Assembly: GCA_016191105.1 (NCBI GenBank)
Contig: JACPPH010000008.1
Span: forward strand, 2,667-66,666
Direction of reading: 5' to 3'
Source: Candidatus Saccharimonadota bacterium
GTDB lineage: Bacteria > Patescibacteriota > Saccharimonadia > CAILAD01 > BJGX01
Length of the DNA: 64,000 nucleotides
Below, in pieces: positions 36,825-48,407 of this stretch. Both the position numbers and the translations under genes were made by a program. The notes beneath the pieces are model-generated. The model was not told the DNA's origin. It did no database searches and saw only the letters and a program-made list of their open reading frames with translations. Position 1 is the first letter of the stretch. The number at the start of each line of letters is the position of its first letter.

Positions 36825-38955
36825 GAAGAAATTATTCAACATCTTAGCGGCTGGTTGGCTGGTGGTTTCTGTACTAATTAGCTACACCTCTTTTTCGGCA
36901 GCCATCCCTAAGCCGGCCAAGGCGGCCGAGGCATCAGCGTGGGATGCCGGCCGGATTATTGATGACGGCAAGTTTACCGACAAAAACAGCATGTCGGCAC
37001 AAGATATTCAAAACTTTCTAAACTCCAAGGTGCCAACTTGTGACACCTGGCATGCTAGTGGAATATCGGGTGAATCACCACCCTGGACATGCCTTAAGGA
37101 CTATAGCGAGAACGGTAAGTCTGCGGCGCAAATTATATGGGAGGCGGCGCAAAGCTATACAATTAACCCCCAGGTATTACTTGCAACACTGCAAAAAGAG
37201 ACCGGGCTAGTTACTGACACTTGGCCGTATAGGTGGCAATACCGCACCGCTATGGGCTTTGCCTGCCCTGACAATGGTAGTTGCGATCCAGCTTTTTACG
37301 GCTTTACCAATCAGGTTACACAAGCCGCCCGGCACTTTAGAAACTTTTTCGACAACAATCCAAACTGGTATGTGCCCTTTACTCCTGGTGTGCGCTTCAT
37401 TCAGTACAATCCCAATAGTGGCTGTGGCGGTAGTAACGTAAACATTCAAAACCGAGCTACGGCCGCCCTTTACTCATATACGCCGTATCAACCAAATGCT
37501 GCTGCAATGGCAAATTTATATGGTACTGGTGATGGCTGTAGCGCCTATGGCAATCGCAATTTTTGGCGGACCTTTGTAGACTGGTTTGGTTCAACGCGCG
37601 ACGATCCATATAGAGCAGCTTTTGCCGGCCAGTCCGGGTATCCCATTTTAAGTCCAGGCCAGTCTGCCCCTGCTTGGATGCAGTTTAAAAATGTTGGTAC
37701 GCTACCTTGGTACGGAGACAATTCAGTTGGTACTGCCGGGCCGGGTGTTAGCCCTGTCCATCTGGCTACCTCCAAACCGATTAATAGAGGTAGTCAGTTC
37801 AGCTCGACCTGGGCTGGTGGCAACCGCGATCGTCCAGCACTCAACTTCGCAGCCGTTTATGAGGCAGATGGGGTTACGCTGGCTCCAGATCAGAATATTG
37901 CTCAAGTAGGTCAGATAGCCAAATTTAGTTTTACATTCACTGCCAGCCCTACCCAGGGATCTGGTACATTTGCCGAGAACTTTAATCCGGTGGCTGAGGG
38001 GAGTCCTTATGTTTTTAATGATGTTGGTGCCTTCTTGAATGTGTCTGTTAGGGAGGGCTATAAACTTAGTTTTGCTGGTCAATCTGGTTACCCTACTATG
38101 TTGCCAGGTCAAAGCCAAACCGAGTTCATAAAGTACAAGAACGAAGGTGCTGCAAGTTGGTACGATGATACCGCTTTGGGTTCTGCCCCAGCTGGCACCA
38201 AGCCTGTCCACTTGTCTACCGCAAACCCTATCAACCGTTCGAGTCAGTTCGGTTATGCCTGGGCTGGCGGTAATCGCGACCGTCCAGCACTCAACTTCAC
38301 AGCTGTTTATGAGGCAGATGGGGTTACGCTGGCCGATAATCAACACGTTGTTCAGACTGGCCAAGTCGCTAAGTTTAATATCACATTTACTACACCGCTA
38401 GGAACAACCCCAGGGGTATATGGCGAAAGGTTTTTACCGGTGCTAGAGGGGGCAGGACCATTTAACGATATTGGCACATTCTTAAATGTGACTGTTCAAA
38501 CGCCAACCTACTCCCAGTCTTTTGCAGGCCAATCCATCTACCCAACTATTAAGCGCGGTAATTCTTTTACTGGCTTTGTAAATTACAAAAACACTGGCAA
38601 CATGCCCTGGTACGACGATGCTTCGGTTGGCAGTGGCCCGGCTGGTAGCAAACCAGTGCACCTGGCCACAGCTAGCCCCATAAACCGATCGAGCATATTT
38701 GGCAACACCTGGGCTGGCGGCAACCGCGACCGTCCGGCTACCACCTTTGCTGCGGTTTACGAAGCCGATGGCTCCACTCTGGCTGCCGATCAGCATGTGG
38801 TACAGCCTGGCCAGATAGCTAAGTTTAACATTCCGTTTACAACCTCGGGCTCAACACCACTGGGCACCTTCCGTGAAAAGTTCCAAGCTATAGTTGAGGG
38901 CGGGGCAACCATGAATGACATTGGTGCATTCTTGGATGTTACTGTAACCCCTTAG
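36814..38955 (+). CDS. Secreted protein: lysozyme-like N-terminal domain plus three ~150-aa tandem repeats
   Basis: Signal peptide. The INPQVLLATLQKETGL motif suggests a lysozyme-like/SLT fold. Three repeats begin FAGQSGYP... and end ...FLNV(S/T)V, with near-identical DNA stretches at about 37815 and 38265. Confidence 0.55.
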   Translation: MSTKKKLFNILAAGWLVVSVLISYTSFSAAIPKPAKAAEASAWDAGRIIDDGKFTDKNSMSAQDIQNFLNSKVPTCDTWHASGISGESPPWTCLKDYSENGKSAAQIIWEAAQSYTINPQVLLATLQKETGLVTDTWPYRWQYRTAMGFACPDNGSCDPAFYGFTNQVTQAARHFRNFFDNNPNWYVPFTPGVRFIQYNPNSGCGGSNVNIQNRATAALYSYTPYQPNAAAMANLYGTGDGCSAYGNRNFWRTFVDWFGSTRDDPYRAAFAGQSGYPILSPGQSAPAWMQFKNVGTLPWYGDNSVGTAGPGVSPVHLATSKPINRGSQFSSTWAGGNRDRPALNFAAVYEADGVTLAPDQNIAQVGQIAKFSFTFTASPTQGSGTFAENFNPVAEGSPYVFNDVGAFLNVSVREGYKLSFAGQSGYPTMLPGQSQTEFIKYKNEGAASWYDDTALGSAPAGTKPVHLSTANPINRSSQFGYAWAGGNRDRPALNFTAVYEADGVTLADNQHVVQTGQVAKFNITFTTPLGTTPGVYGERFLPVLEGAGPFNDIGTFLNVTVQTPTYSQSFAGQSIYPTIKRGNSFTGFVNYKNTGNMPWYDDASVGSGPAGSKPVHLATASPINRSSIFGNTWAGGNRDRPATTFAAVYEADGSTLAADQHVVQPGQIAKFNIPFTTSGSTPLGTFREKFQAIVEGGATMNDIGAFLDVTVTP
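37621..38952 (+). repeat. Three tandem ~450-bp intragenic coding repeats
   Basis: Repeat units start near 37621, 38071 and 38521. A conserved WAGGNRDRPALNF...AVYEADGVTLA block is nearly identical at the DNA level between units 1 and 2. Confidence 0.7.
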
Positions 38956-38979
38956 ATCGCAGCTTCTGCTAAAATATAA

Positions 38980-39930
<951 letters not shown>

Positions 39931-39933
39931 GCT

Positions 39934-40758
39934 ATGAACGAGATAGCAATAAAGCCCCGAAAACGACTGGCAATTAACATTAAAGAGCTGTTTGCCTATC
40001 ACGAGCTATTTTTTTACTTTGCCTGGCGCGATGTAAAAGTTCGTTATAAGCAAACTGCCATTGGCATTAGTTGGGCAGTTTTGCAACCATTTGTGCAAAT
40101 GGTGGTTTTTACACTGTTTTTTAACAAGGCTGCCGGTATAACCTCGGGCAACTCGGCTGTGCCATACGCCATTTTTAGTTTTACGGGGTTACTTTTCTGG
40201 AACTTCTTCTCGTCGGCACTGACCCGCGCTAGCAACAGCCTGGTAGATAACCAGGCAGTGGTAACCAAGGTGTATTTCCCAAGGTTAATCTTGCCGCTTT
40301 CCTCTACACTTATTGGTCTAATTGATTTTTGTTTCGCCTTTGTTATTTTTGTTGGATTACTGGTGTATTTTAAATTCCCGCCAACTTGGCAGGCCGTGGC
40401 ATTATTAATACCAGCTCTGCTGATAACGTTCATAGCGGCATCGGGTGTTGGTATGTATTTGGCAGCCGTGAATGTAAAATACCGTGATGTTAAACAGGCT
40501 GTTCCATTTCTGGTTCAAGTGGGGCTGTTTGTAACACCAGTTATTTATCCGGTGACTGCAATTCCACAAAAATATCAGTGGATTCTATATCTAAACCCCA
40601 TGACGGGAGTTATTAACATGATGCGCTCGAGTTTTTTACACACAACACCTATTAATTGGCCGCTAACATGGCTTTCTATTGGTGTGGCCGGACTGTCCTT
40701 TGTAGTTGGTTTAATTTACTTTAAATTTAAAGAAAAAGAATTTGCGGACATAATATGA
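39934..40758 (+). CDS. wzm: ABC-2 type polysaccharide export permease (Wzm/TagG/KpsM family)
   Basis: About 6 TM in an ABC-2 arrangement. Immediately upstream of the Wzt-type ATPase and overlapping it. Confidence 0.8.
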   Translation: MNEIAIKPRKRLAINIKELFAYHELFFYFAWRDVKVRYKQTAIGISWAVLQPFVQMVVFTLFFNKAAGITSGNSAVPYAIFSFTGLLFWNFFSSALTRASNSLVDNQAVVTKVYFPRLILPLSSTLIGLIDFCFAFVIFVGLLVYFKFPPTWQAVALLIPALLITFIAASGVGMYLAAVNVKYRDVKQAVPFLVQVGLFVTPVIYPVTAIPQKYQWILYLNPMTGVINMMRSSFLHTTPINWPLTWLSIGVAGLSFVVGLIYFKFKEKEFADII

Positions 40759-42008
40759 GCAAGGCCGTAATTGAAATCAAAAATCTATCAAAGGCTTATC
40801 TTATAAGCCATGAGGCCAAGGCAGCGCCAGGAACAGTTACTTTTCGCGATGCTTTAGCAGGCGTGGTAAAAAAACCGATCGAACTTATTACTGGTCACAA
40901 GCTCAAAAAAGAAAAGTTTTGGGCTTTAAAAGAAATTGACTTAAATATTGAACAAGGCGACGTTATTGGCTTGATTGGCAAGAATGGTTCGGGGAAATCC
41001 ACTTTGCTCAAGGTGCTTTCTAGAATAGTTGAGCCTACTGACGGAGAGATTATTATGCGCGGTAAATCGGCCAGTCTTTTAGAGGTTGGTACTGGGTTTC
41101 ACCCCGAGCTCACAGGACGCGAGAATATCTACTTTAACGGCTCTATCTTGGGTATGAAAAAGAAAGAAATCGATGCCAAGTTCGATGAGATTGTGGCTTT
41201 TTCTGGTGTTGAAAAGTTTTTAGATACCCCGGTTAAGTTTTACAGTTCGGGCATGTATGTGCGTTTAGCCTTTGCGGTTGCTGCCCACTTGGAGCCAGAC
41301 ATTTTAATAGTTGACGAGGTTCTGGCGGTAGGCGACGCTGAATTTCAACGTAAAAGCTTGGGGAAAATGCGTGACGTAACTAGAAACAAACAACGCACGG
41401 TTATATTTGTTAGTCATAACATGGACTCCATAAGGAGCATTTGCAGTAAATGTATTTGGCTTAGCGGCGGCAAGATTATGGAGGTGGGGGAAACCTCAAA
41501 GGTTGTTGAAAGCTACTCCCAGTCTTCTAGCTCTTTGGCTTCTATCCCCGTAAAAGAGCGTAAGGACAGAAGCGGAAATGGGCACGCTAGATTTACCGAC
41601 ATAATAACTGAAAGCACTGTTGAAAAAGACCGCAGCATAAGGTGCTTTTTAAAGATTAATAATAAAACCAAAAATATGTATGACAATTTCAAGTTATCCA
41701 TAGATATAAATGACCACGAGGGTAATCAAGTAAGCAATCTAACTAACTATAGCGTGGGCGAAAAATTAGTCCTTAAACCTGGCAAAAACGAGTTTACATT
41801 AAATATTGAAGATGTTAACTTGTCACCGGGGGGCTATAGTTTAACAGCATTTATTGCTTCCGATCAATTCAACTCGGAAATATTTGACTGGGTAGAATCT
41901 GCATCTAGATTTGAGATAGCTGAATATGACTTTTACAACACAGGGGTTCCCCCCGTTGTCAAATCAAGGGAAGTCCTTCTGAACTTTAAATATAATGACA
42001 AGAAATAA
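40755..42008 (+). CDS. wzt: ABC polysaccharide export ATP-binding protein (Wzt/TagH family) with a C-terminal carbohydrate-binding domain
   Basis: Walker A GKNGSGKSTLLK, signature YSSGMYVRLAFA and Walker B ILIVDEVLAVGD, plus an extra ~160-aa C-terminal beta domain. Confidence 0.88.
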   Translation: MSKAVIEIKNLSKAYLISHEAKAAPGTVTFRDALAGVVKKPIELITGHKLKKEKFWALKEIDLNIEQGDVIGLIGKNGSGKSTLLKVLSRIVEPTDGEIIMRGKSASLLEVGTGFHPELTGRENIYFNGSILGMKKKEIDAKFDEIVAFSGVEKFLDTPVKFYSSGMYVRLAFAVAAHLEPDILIVDEVLAVGDAEFQRKSLGKMRDVTRNKQRTVIFVSHNMDSIRSICSKCIWLSGGKIMEVGETSKVVESYSQSSSSLASIPVKERKDRSGNGHARFTDIITESTVEKDRSIRCFLKINNKTKNMYDNFKLSIDINDHEGNQVSNLTNYSVGEKLVLKPGKNEFTLNIEDVNLSPGGYSLTAFIASDQFNSEIFDWVESASRFEIAEYDFYNTGVPPVVKSREVLLNFKYNDKK

Positions 42009-42882
42009 CTACTACAACATCAAAAAGGTCATTCCTAGTCGAGTAAAACGCTCCTTAAAAAAAATTCACAGCAAGGGAATTGATTTTAATAAAGAAAGAA
42101 AGAGAATTAAATATGATAATCCAACAGTTCTAACAGACCACTTTGGCATTAGGTTTATTCAGTATCCTTGGGATCTAACAAGTACTGATGATGCTATATC
42201 TCATGATTTTTACAAACCGGAGTTTATGGCCTATGATAAACTACTAAAAAAAAATGACGTTGTTATTGATTTAGGGGCAAATGTTGGTCTGCACAGTGTT
42301 TATATTGCTAAATTGCTAAAAGGAACTGGGCACATATATTCATTTGAGCCGGTTCCAGATACATATCGATTGATGCTTGAGACTCTCAGTTTAAATAGGG
42401 TCGATAATGTAAGTCCCTATATGGTTGCGATGGGTAATAAGCCGGGTAAAACCAAAATGAATATTTTTGATCAAAAATATTCGGCTTGGAATACATTTGG
42501 TAAACCGCAGTTTGGTGATCACAAGCCTACAAAATCGATCTTTGTTGAAACCCAAAAGTTAGACGGTTTTGCTAAACAAACCAAGATCAATAAAATTGAC
42601 TTCTTAAAAATTGATGTTGAAGGTTTTGAAAAACAAGTTCTGCAGGGCGCAGCTTTATTATTAAAAAACAATAAGATAAGTATTTTATCCTTTGAGGTTT
42701 CAGAAATACCCTTGAAGGGGGCAAATTCCAGTGCACGAGAGATCTTTAAGATACTTGAAGATTTTGGGTACAATAGTTATCGTTATAATCCTGAAAAAAA
42801 TAAGTTCACAGGTCCTTATAGTGACTCGAGTGAATTTTATGAAAATTACTACGCTTCTAAAAAGAACCTAACCTTAATATGA
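41995..42882 (+). CDS. FkbM-family methyltransferase
   Basis: VIDLGANVGLHSVYIA SAM-binding motif typical of the FkbM family. Confidence 0.7.
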   Translation: MTRNNYYNIKKVIPSRVKRSLKKIHSKGIDFNKERKRIKYDNPTVLTDHFGIRFIQYPWDLTSTDDAISHDFYKPEFMAYDKLLKKNDVVIDLGANVGLHSVYIAKLLKGTGHIYSFEPVPDTYRLMLETLSLNRVDNVSPYMVAMGNKPGKTKMNIFDQKYSAWNTFGKPQFGDHKPTKSIFVETQKLDGFAKQTKINKIDFLKIDVEGFEKQVLQGAALLLKNNKISILSFEVSEIPLKGANSSAREIFKILEDFGYNSYRYNPEKNKFTGPYSDSSEFYENYYASKKNLTLI

Positions 42883-44459
42883 GAAAGAACCACAGTGAAG
42901 TTCCGGTAGTTTTATTTGTATTTAGTCGCGAGAAGCAGCTGGCAGAAGCACTAGAATGTCTAAAAGCCAACAATATCCCCATGCTCTACGTGTTTGCTGA
43001 CGGGCCAAGAAACACGGCCGATCAGCCAGGTGTAGAAAAGGTTAGAAAGCTGATAAATGACATTAATTGGACAACCGTAAAAAAAGTTTATGCTAAAAAC
43101 AACATGGGCCTGAGTGAGTCAATACAAAGAGGCTTAAACACGGTCTTTAAGAAATACGATAAAGCTATAATTCTCGAAGACGATGTTTGTGTGGCCCCCG
43201 GCTTTTTTGAATATATGAAACAGGCACTTAATAGATATGCCCAAGATAAGAGAATAGCGGGCGTTACAGGTCTAAGATATCCGTTTGACAGAAGAAATAT
43301 GGATAGCCTAAATAAAGATGTGTTTTTGGCGCCGCGTTTTTCGTCTTGGGGGTGGGCAACATGGAAGGACCGCTGGGAAAACTTGGATTTTAACCGCGAG
43401 TCATTACTCCAAAAAACAGAAAACAAGAACCCAGAGGTGCTATTACGCGGTGGTAGTGATTTGCTTGTGTCGTACCGGGCTGTGCAAGACGGTTCATTAA
43501 GCGGTTGTTGGGACTTTTACTACTATTTAAACATGGTTATAAACAATCAGTATTTTGTATGGCCAAAATATAACATGGTGGTTAACACCGACATTGCAGG
43601 CGGCAGCCACCCTTCGCAGGAAAAACCTAGCTGGACCTTAACGTGGGAAAAATCAGATAAAAAATCGTTTATTATGCCAAAGAGCCTAACAATAAATGAT
43701 AATATAATAGATGATTTTCTAGTGTTTTTTGATGAATTTCCAACTAATCAGAGGGTTAATATGAAGTCGCAACTAAAAAAAGTATTTAACAAACTTGGCT
43801 ACAAAATTGAACGGGTGCCTAAAGAATCCGGTAGTAGCAAGGATCCATCTGAATACACAACCACAGACGGCCCTATAGAGGTGCCTTGCCAAAAAGAATC
43901 TTACTTTTATGCCTTAAACCGCTTTGTAAAAGAGGGCGATAAAGTGCTCGATGTCGGCATGGGAATTGGATATGGCATGAATCTTCTTTCAATTAGCGCT
44001 AAAGAGGTTTATGCTGTTGACGTAGATGAGAAAGCTGTGGATTATTGCACCAAGCATGTGCTAGGTAAGAATCCTAAAGTTAAAGAACTAAAAAAGTACG
44101 ATGGCTACCACCTACCGTATAAAGATAATTTTTTCGATGTTGTTACATGCGTAGATGTTGTTGAGCATGTGGAAGATTACGACAAATTTATTGATGAGTT
44201 ATTGCGGGTATCTAAAAGAGTCGTATTCTTTGCCACACCAAATCGACGCCCCGAATACACCAACCCAGACGGCACCCCAAAAAATTATTGGCATTTGCGC
44301 GAATGGTCGTTCGAGGAGCTGGATAAGATCGTAAGAAGCCACACCAAAAAAATAACCTGGGCATTTTTGGACGGACCCTGGGAGGGGCCATTTAAAACAG
44401 TAAAGACGGTTGGCGAAGACACTCTAGTATTAATGCCCGCATTAGTTAAGAAGGACTGA
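42879..44459 (+). CDS. Bifunctional glycosyltransferase (GT-A fold) / class I SAM-dependent methyltransferase
   Basis: N-terminal GT-like domain with an EDD motif (AIILEDDVCV). C-terminal VLDVGMGIGYGMNLL...DVVTCVDVVEHVEDY methyltransferase motifs. Confidence 0.65.
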   Translation: MRKNHSEVPVVLFVFSREKQLAEALECLKANNIPMLYVFADGPRNTADQPGVEKVRKLINDINWTTVKKVYAKNNMGLSESIQRGLNTVFKKYDKAIILEDDVCVAPGFFEYMKQALNRYAQDKRIAGVTGLRYPFDRRNMDSLNKDVFLAPRFSSWGWATWKDRWENLDFNRESLLQKTENKNPEVLLRGGSDLLVSYRAVQDGSLSGCWDFYYYLNMVINNQYFVWPKYNMVVNTDIAGGSHPSQEKPSWTLTWEKSDKKSFIMPKSLTINDNIIDDFLVFFDEFPTNQRVNMKSQLKKVFNKLGYKIERVPKESGSSKDPSEYTTTDGPIEVPCQKESYFYALNRFVKEGDKVLDVGMGIGYGMNLLSISAKEVYAVDVDEKAVDYCTKHVLGKNPKVKELKKYDGYHLPYKDNFFDVVTCVDVVEHVEDYDKFIDELLRVSKRVVFFATPNRRPEYTNPDGTPKNYWHLREWSFEELDKIVRSHTKKITWAFLDGPWEGPFKTVKTVGEDTLVLMPALVKKD

Positions 44460-44465
44460 TTTTGT

Positions 44466-45284
44466 ATGAGGGGGGTGATAAAAAATGTTGCTAATAAATA
44501 TGGCTATGAGATACGCCGACTAGACAGGGAAGAGACAAAAGGCTCGTCTCACTTGGGGGAAGATTTAAAAATAAAGAGATATCTAAAGACATTTCCCTCC
44601 ATTAATCAGTATTTTGTCGATATCGGTGCAAGTAATGGACTGGAGATGTCAAATTCATATAGCTTTTATAAATCTGGCTGGTCAGGATTGGCGGTTGAGT
44701 GTGATCCTGCAAAGTTTCACATACTAGCTCAGTCTTTAAAGGACTACGATGTTAGTTTAGCCAAGACGTTTGTTACCCCTTTGAATGTTTTACCACTTTT
44801 GAAGAGTTTTAAAGTGCCAAAAAAGTTTGGTGTTTTAAGTCTAGATATAGATGGCTATGACTATTTTGTGTTGTCAAAGACTCTTGAAGAATTTAGACCC
44901 CAACTAATAATAGCCGAAATTAATGAAAAGATTCCTCCGACCCTGGACTTCTCTGTTAAGTATTCAGAAGATTATTTTTGGGCCGGCGATCATTTTTATG
45001 GCCAAAGCATTTCTATGCTACATAAGCTAGCAAAGAATAATAGGTACAAGCTAGCAGAGGTCTATTACAACAATGCCATATATGTAACTTCGGAATCGCA
45101 GGCAAAGGGTTTGGATCCCCGAGAAGCCTATATGAAGGGCTATCTTAAAAAAGCTGATCGAAAAGAGAAGTTTCCGTGGAATAATGAGTTTGACCCTGTA
45201 TACGATCTACCCCCTAAAGAGCAACATAAGTTTTTTAAGGACCTATATTCTGATAAAACTAACTTTATACTGAACAAAGCCTAA
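44466..45284 (+). CDS. FkbM-family methyltransferase
   Basis: FVDIGASNGLE SAM-binding motif. Confidence 0.6.
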   Translation: MRGVIKNVANKYGYEIRRLDREETKGSSHLGEDLKIKRYLKTFPSINQYFVDIGASNGLEMSNSYSFYKSGWSGLAVECDPAKFHILAQSLKDYDVSLAKTFVTPLNVLPLLKSFKVPKKFGVLSLDIDGYDYFVLSKTLEEFRPQLIIAEINEKIPPTLDFSVKYSEDYFWAGDHFYGQSISMLHKLAKNNRYKLAEVYYNNAIYVTSESQAKGLDPREAYMKGYLKKADRKEKFPWNNEFDPVYDLPPKEQHKFFKDLYSDKTNFILNKA

Positions 45285-45285
45285 A

Positions 45286-46140
45286 ATGCTGGGTCAACTC
45301 AAGCACCACATAAAAAAACGCCTTTTCACCGATGTAGACGAGAGTATACAAAAAAATATCCAAAAGTTTGTAAGAAGTATCGATAGGGAAAAGATACGTC
45401 AAGCTAAACGACCGGCCGACTTTGAAGGCTCTATAGAGATAGTGATACCATGTTACAATCATGGCCACTTTCTACCGCGAGCACTCAAAAGTATTCGGAA
45501 CCAAACATACAAAAAAGCACTAACTGTAACAGTTGTTAATGACAACTCTCAAGACAGCTCATTTGAAGTGATGGAGCGACTACAGTTAGAAAACAAAACC
45601 AAAAATATCGATCTCAATCTGATTAATAACGATTCAGGTAGTAATCTAAAGCAATTCGGCGCCCTCAACTTGGCAATTCAGGGCTCCAAAAATAAACTAT
45701 TTATTACTCTAAATGCCGACGATATATTAACGACAGATTGTTTAGAGCTGATTGTAGAAACCTACAAAAACAACCCCAGCATATATATGTTGGGCGGCAG
45801 CAGTTTGTGGTTTAAAGAGGGCGAGAAACTACCTGCGCACCATGCGATCCGGTCTCAGAATCTTGCTTTAACTAAATACGGCCCCAAAGATGCTCTACAG
45901 TTTAATCATCTTAACAGTATCAACATGAGCCAGTCGTCTTGTTCATTCTTTCGCGTGGCTTGGGAATTAGTGGGTGGTTATTTCCCCCCAGAAAAGCGCG
46001 TTTGTTCTTTCGATGATCGAGATTTTCAAATGCGGGTTAGCTCGGTACTGCCAGTAGGGGTATACCAAGATTATCCAATGGTATATTACAGCTCTGACAC
46101 CTCAGTAAGCCGTACAGTTGAAGGGCACTATGATACTTAA
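45286..46140 (+). CDS. Family 2 glycosyltransferase
   Basis: IVIPCYNHGHFLPRALKSIRNQTY...VVNDNSQD GT2 N-terminal signature. Confidence 0.78.
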   Translation: MLGQLKHHIKKRLFTDVDESIQKNIQKFVRSIDREKIRQAKRPADFEGSIEIVIPCYNHGHFLPRALKSIRNQTYKKALTVTVVNDNSQDSSFEVMERLQLENKTKNIDLNLINNDSGSNLKQFGALNLAIQGSKNKLFITLNADDILTTDCLELIVETYKNNPSIYMLGGSSLWFKEGEKLPAHHAIRSQNLALTKYGPKDALQFNHLNSINMSQSSCSFFRVAWELVGGYFPPEKRVCSFDDRDFQMRVSSVLPVGVYQDYPMVYYSSDTSVSRTVEGHYDT

Positions 46141-47278
46141 GCGACTACTTAGGCTAAAAAATCGCCCAAGAAATCCTCAAAAAAGGATAATTGGCTACAA
46201 TCAATATCTAAAAAGTAACTATGACAAGCGAGTGTTAGTAAGCTACTTAGTGCCGCCGGTTTTGGACGAGCTAGAGAGCAGGCCCACGCCGCTTTTTTCG
46301 AACAACGGGGCGGGGCGCACAATTCCCAAGGTTCTAAACCAACTTGGCTATGTGGTTGATGTGATTAATTGGGACGACACCGGTCCGATTGAGGGCGAAT
46401 ATGACATAGTAATTTATCATGGCGGCAAAAACTTTGCCAACATAGAAAAATTAAAATCTGCCGACAACAAACTGGTATATTATTCCACTGGGAGCTACTG
46501 GAAGTATCACAATAGCCAAGAGGAAAGACGAGCCGAGTACTTTAAGCAACGACACAACATGGAATATAAGTTGGATCGCAAAATAGCCGATTCCGAAGAG
46601 CTGGCCAACAAAAATGCCGATGCTATCATAGTGCTCGGTAACCGCGATGCCGCTAAGACATACTCGGGCTTTAAAGATGTTTACAATCTAGAGGGCGCCT
46701 CCATGTCAATAAAAAATCCGCGTAAAATACTAGAGACAAAAAGTGGAAAACTTGGCTTTTTGTTTATGGCGGGACCAGGCAACCTACACAAAGGGCTAGA
46801 TATTATACTCGATGCCTGGCAAAAGCTGCCGAATAATTTTGAGTTACACATTATTACATATCTTGATGGCGAGTTTACGAGTATCTACAAAGACGTATTG
46901 TATAATACGCCAAACATACATACCCATGGCTATGTTCTACAAAGGAGCAGCGAGTATTACGAGGCAATAAAAGATTGTCAGTTCAGCATACTTATGTCGT
47001 GTAGTGAGGGTAGCCCAGGGTCAGCTATAGAATCCTTGCACCAAGGGCTCATACCGGTCCTTAGTAAAGAGAGCCACGTTGATGTGGACGGCCACGGCTA
47101 CACACTAAAAGACGATAGAGTAGAAACACTAGTCGACCTGCTTAACACGATTAACAAGCTAACGTCTCGAGAAATTAAGAGTAAACAGGAAAAAACTAGG
47201 CTCTGGGCAGAAAAAAAGTTTACTATTAAGCATTACGAAGACCGCCTTAAAGAAATAATCGAGGAAGTAACCAAATGA
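46118..47278 (+). CDS. Glycosyltransferase (GT-B fold, group 1-like)
   Basis: A C-terminal Rossmann half with an E-rich motif region. Weaker conservation than the neighbouring GT4 genes. Confidence 0.55.
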   Translation: MKGTMILKRLLRLKNRPRNPQKRIIGYNQYLKSNYDKRVLVSYLVPPVLDELESRPTPLFSNNGAGRTIPKVLNQLGYVVDVINWDDTGPIEGEYDIVIYHGGKNFANIEKLKSADNKLVYYSTGSYWKYHNSQEERRAEYFKQRHNMEYKLDRKIADSEELANKNADAIIVLGNRDAAKTYSGFKDVYNLEGASMSIKNPRKILETKSGKLGFLFMAGPGNLHKGLDIILDAWQKLPNNFELHIITYLDGEFTSIYKDVLYNTPNIHTHGYVLQRSSEYYEAIKDCQFSILMSCSEGSPGSAIESLHQGLIPVLSKESHVDVDGHGYTLKDDRVETLVDLLNTINKLTSREIKSKQEKTRLWAEKKFTIKHYEDRLKEIIEEVTK

Positions 47279-48405
47279 GAATCGGCATCTCCTTGCTGGA
47301 TTTTCAGCCAAATAAATCGGGCGGCATTGAAACCTATTGTCGAGACCTTATCTCGGGGCTCGAAACGATTGATCAAAAAAACGAATACTATGTATTGTTA
47401 AACCTCCACAACGCCAAGACAATCAAGGTGGGGGCAAAAAACTTTTACATTGTTTATGCCGACAAAAGATCGTTTGCTCGAAAAGTTTTGGGCAAGTTGG
47501 GTAAACGCGTCTCAAACGAAGAACTTATGAGTCGTTTTGTAGAAAACCTAGGTCTTGATTTGCTTCACTTTCCACTGCAAACTGTTCAGCCATACTTATT
47601 AGGTACTTCTGTGAAAAAAATAGTCAGCATTATGGATATTCAGCAAGAATACTTTCCTGAGTTTTTTGATAAAAAGGATCTAGCTTTTCGAAGAAAAGCC
47701 TATAAGCAGTCTTGTGATTCAGCCGTCGCAGTAATTAGTATTTCTGAATTCACCAAGCAATGCTTGGTACAAAAACTCTCGATTGCTCAAAGAAAGATTA
47801 TTACCGTTCATCTAAACTACAACGCCAGTCTGCTCGATAAAAAATCTATAAAAAGGTCAACCGACAAACCTTATTTTTACTACCCGGCCGCCACATGGCC
47901 GCACAAGAATCACCTACGCTTACTCCAGGCCTTCTCGGAATTTTCAAAAGAATATCCCAACTACCAGCTGGTCTTAACCGGAATAAAAAAGCAAAAAGGA
48001 GATGAGGTTCAGAAATATATAAACAAAAATAACCTTGGCAAAGTTATTAAGTCTTTAGGCTACGTAGACAATGATGAGCTACCGGGTCTTTACCAAAATG
48101 CCTTCGGCCTTATTTTCCCCTCACTCTTCGAGGGGTTTGGTATACCGGTAGTAGATGCTATGGTGTGTGGCTGCCCAGTGATCTGCTCAAACACCACCTC
48201 GCTACCCGAGGTGGGTGGAAATGCAGTTCTGTACTGTAATCCGCAATCTATAAAAGACATTGCATTAAAAATGACCAAACTAGCCGAAAACGAAAAACTA
48301 AGAGCTAACTTGATAAAAAGGGGTAGGGTTCAGGCTAAAAAATTTACCAAAGAAAAAATGGTTAAGAATACCTTGAAAGTCTATGAGAAGGTTGCGAGAA
48401 TGTAA
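47275..48405 (+). CDS. Family 4 glycosyltransferase (group 1)
   Basis: EGFGIPVVDAMVCGCPVICSNTTSLPEVGG (EX7E motif region). Confidence 0.8.
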   Translation: MRIGISLLDFQPNKSGGIETYCRDLISGLETIDQKNEYYVLLNLHNAKTIKVGAKNFYIVYADKRSFARKVLGKLGKRVSNEELMSRFVENLGLDLLHFPLQTVQPYLLGTSVKKIVSIMDIQQEYFPEFFDKKDLAFRRKAYKQSCDSAVAVISISEFTKQCLVQKLSIAQRKIITVHLNYNASLLDKKSIKRSTDKPYFYYPAATWPHKNHLRLLQAFSEFSKEYPNYQLVLTGIKKQKGDEVQKYINKNNLGKVIKSLGYVDNDELPGLYQNAFGLIFPSLFEGFGIPVVDAMVCGCPVICSNTTSLPEVGGNAVLYCNPQSIKDIALKMTKLAENEKLRANLIKRGRVQAKKFTKEKMVKNTLKVYEKVARM

Positions 48406-48407
48406 CG

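Noticed and set aside
37723-38364. 213-aa minus-strand ORF inside the repeat-protein gene
   Set aside because: Antisense to a well-supported secreted protein with internal repeats. The repeat structure produces long antisense open frames.
37600-38950. Possible CRISPR array suggested by regularly spaced repeats
   Set aside because: Repeat units are about 450 bp, protein-coding and in frame. There are no short 25-40-bp direct repeats with unique spacers anywhere in the window.
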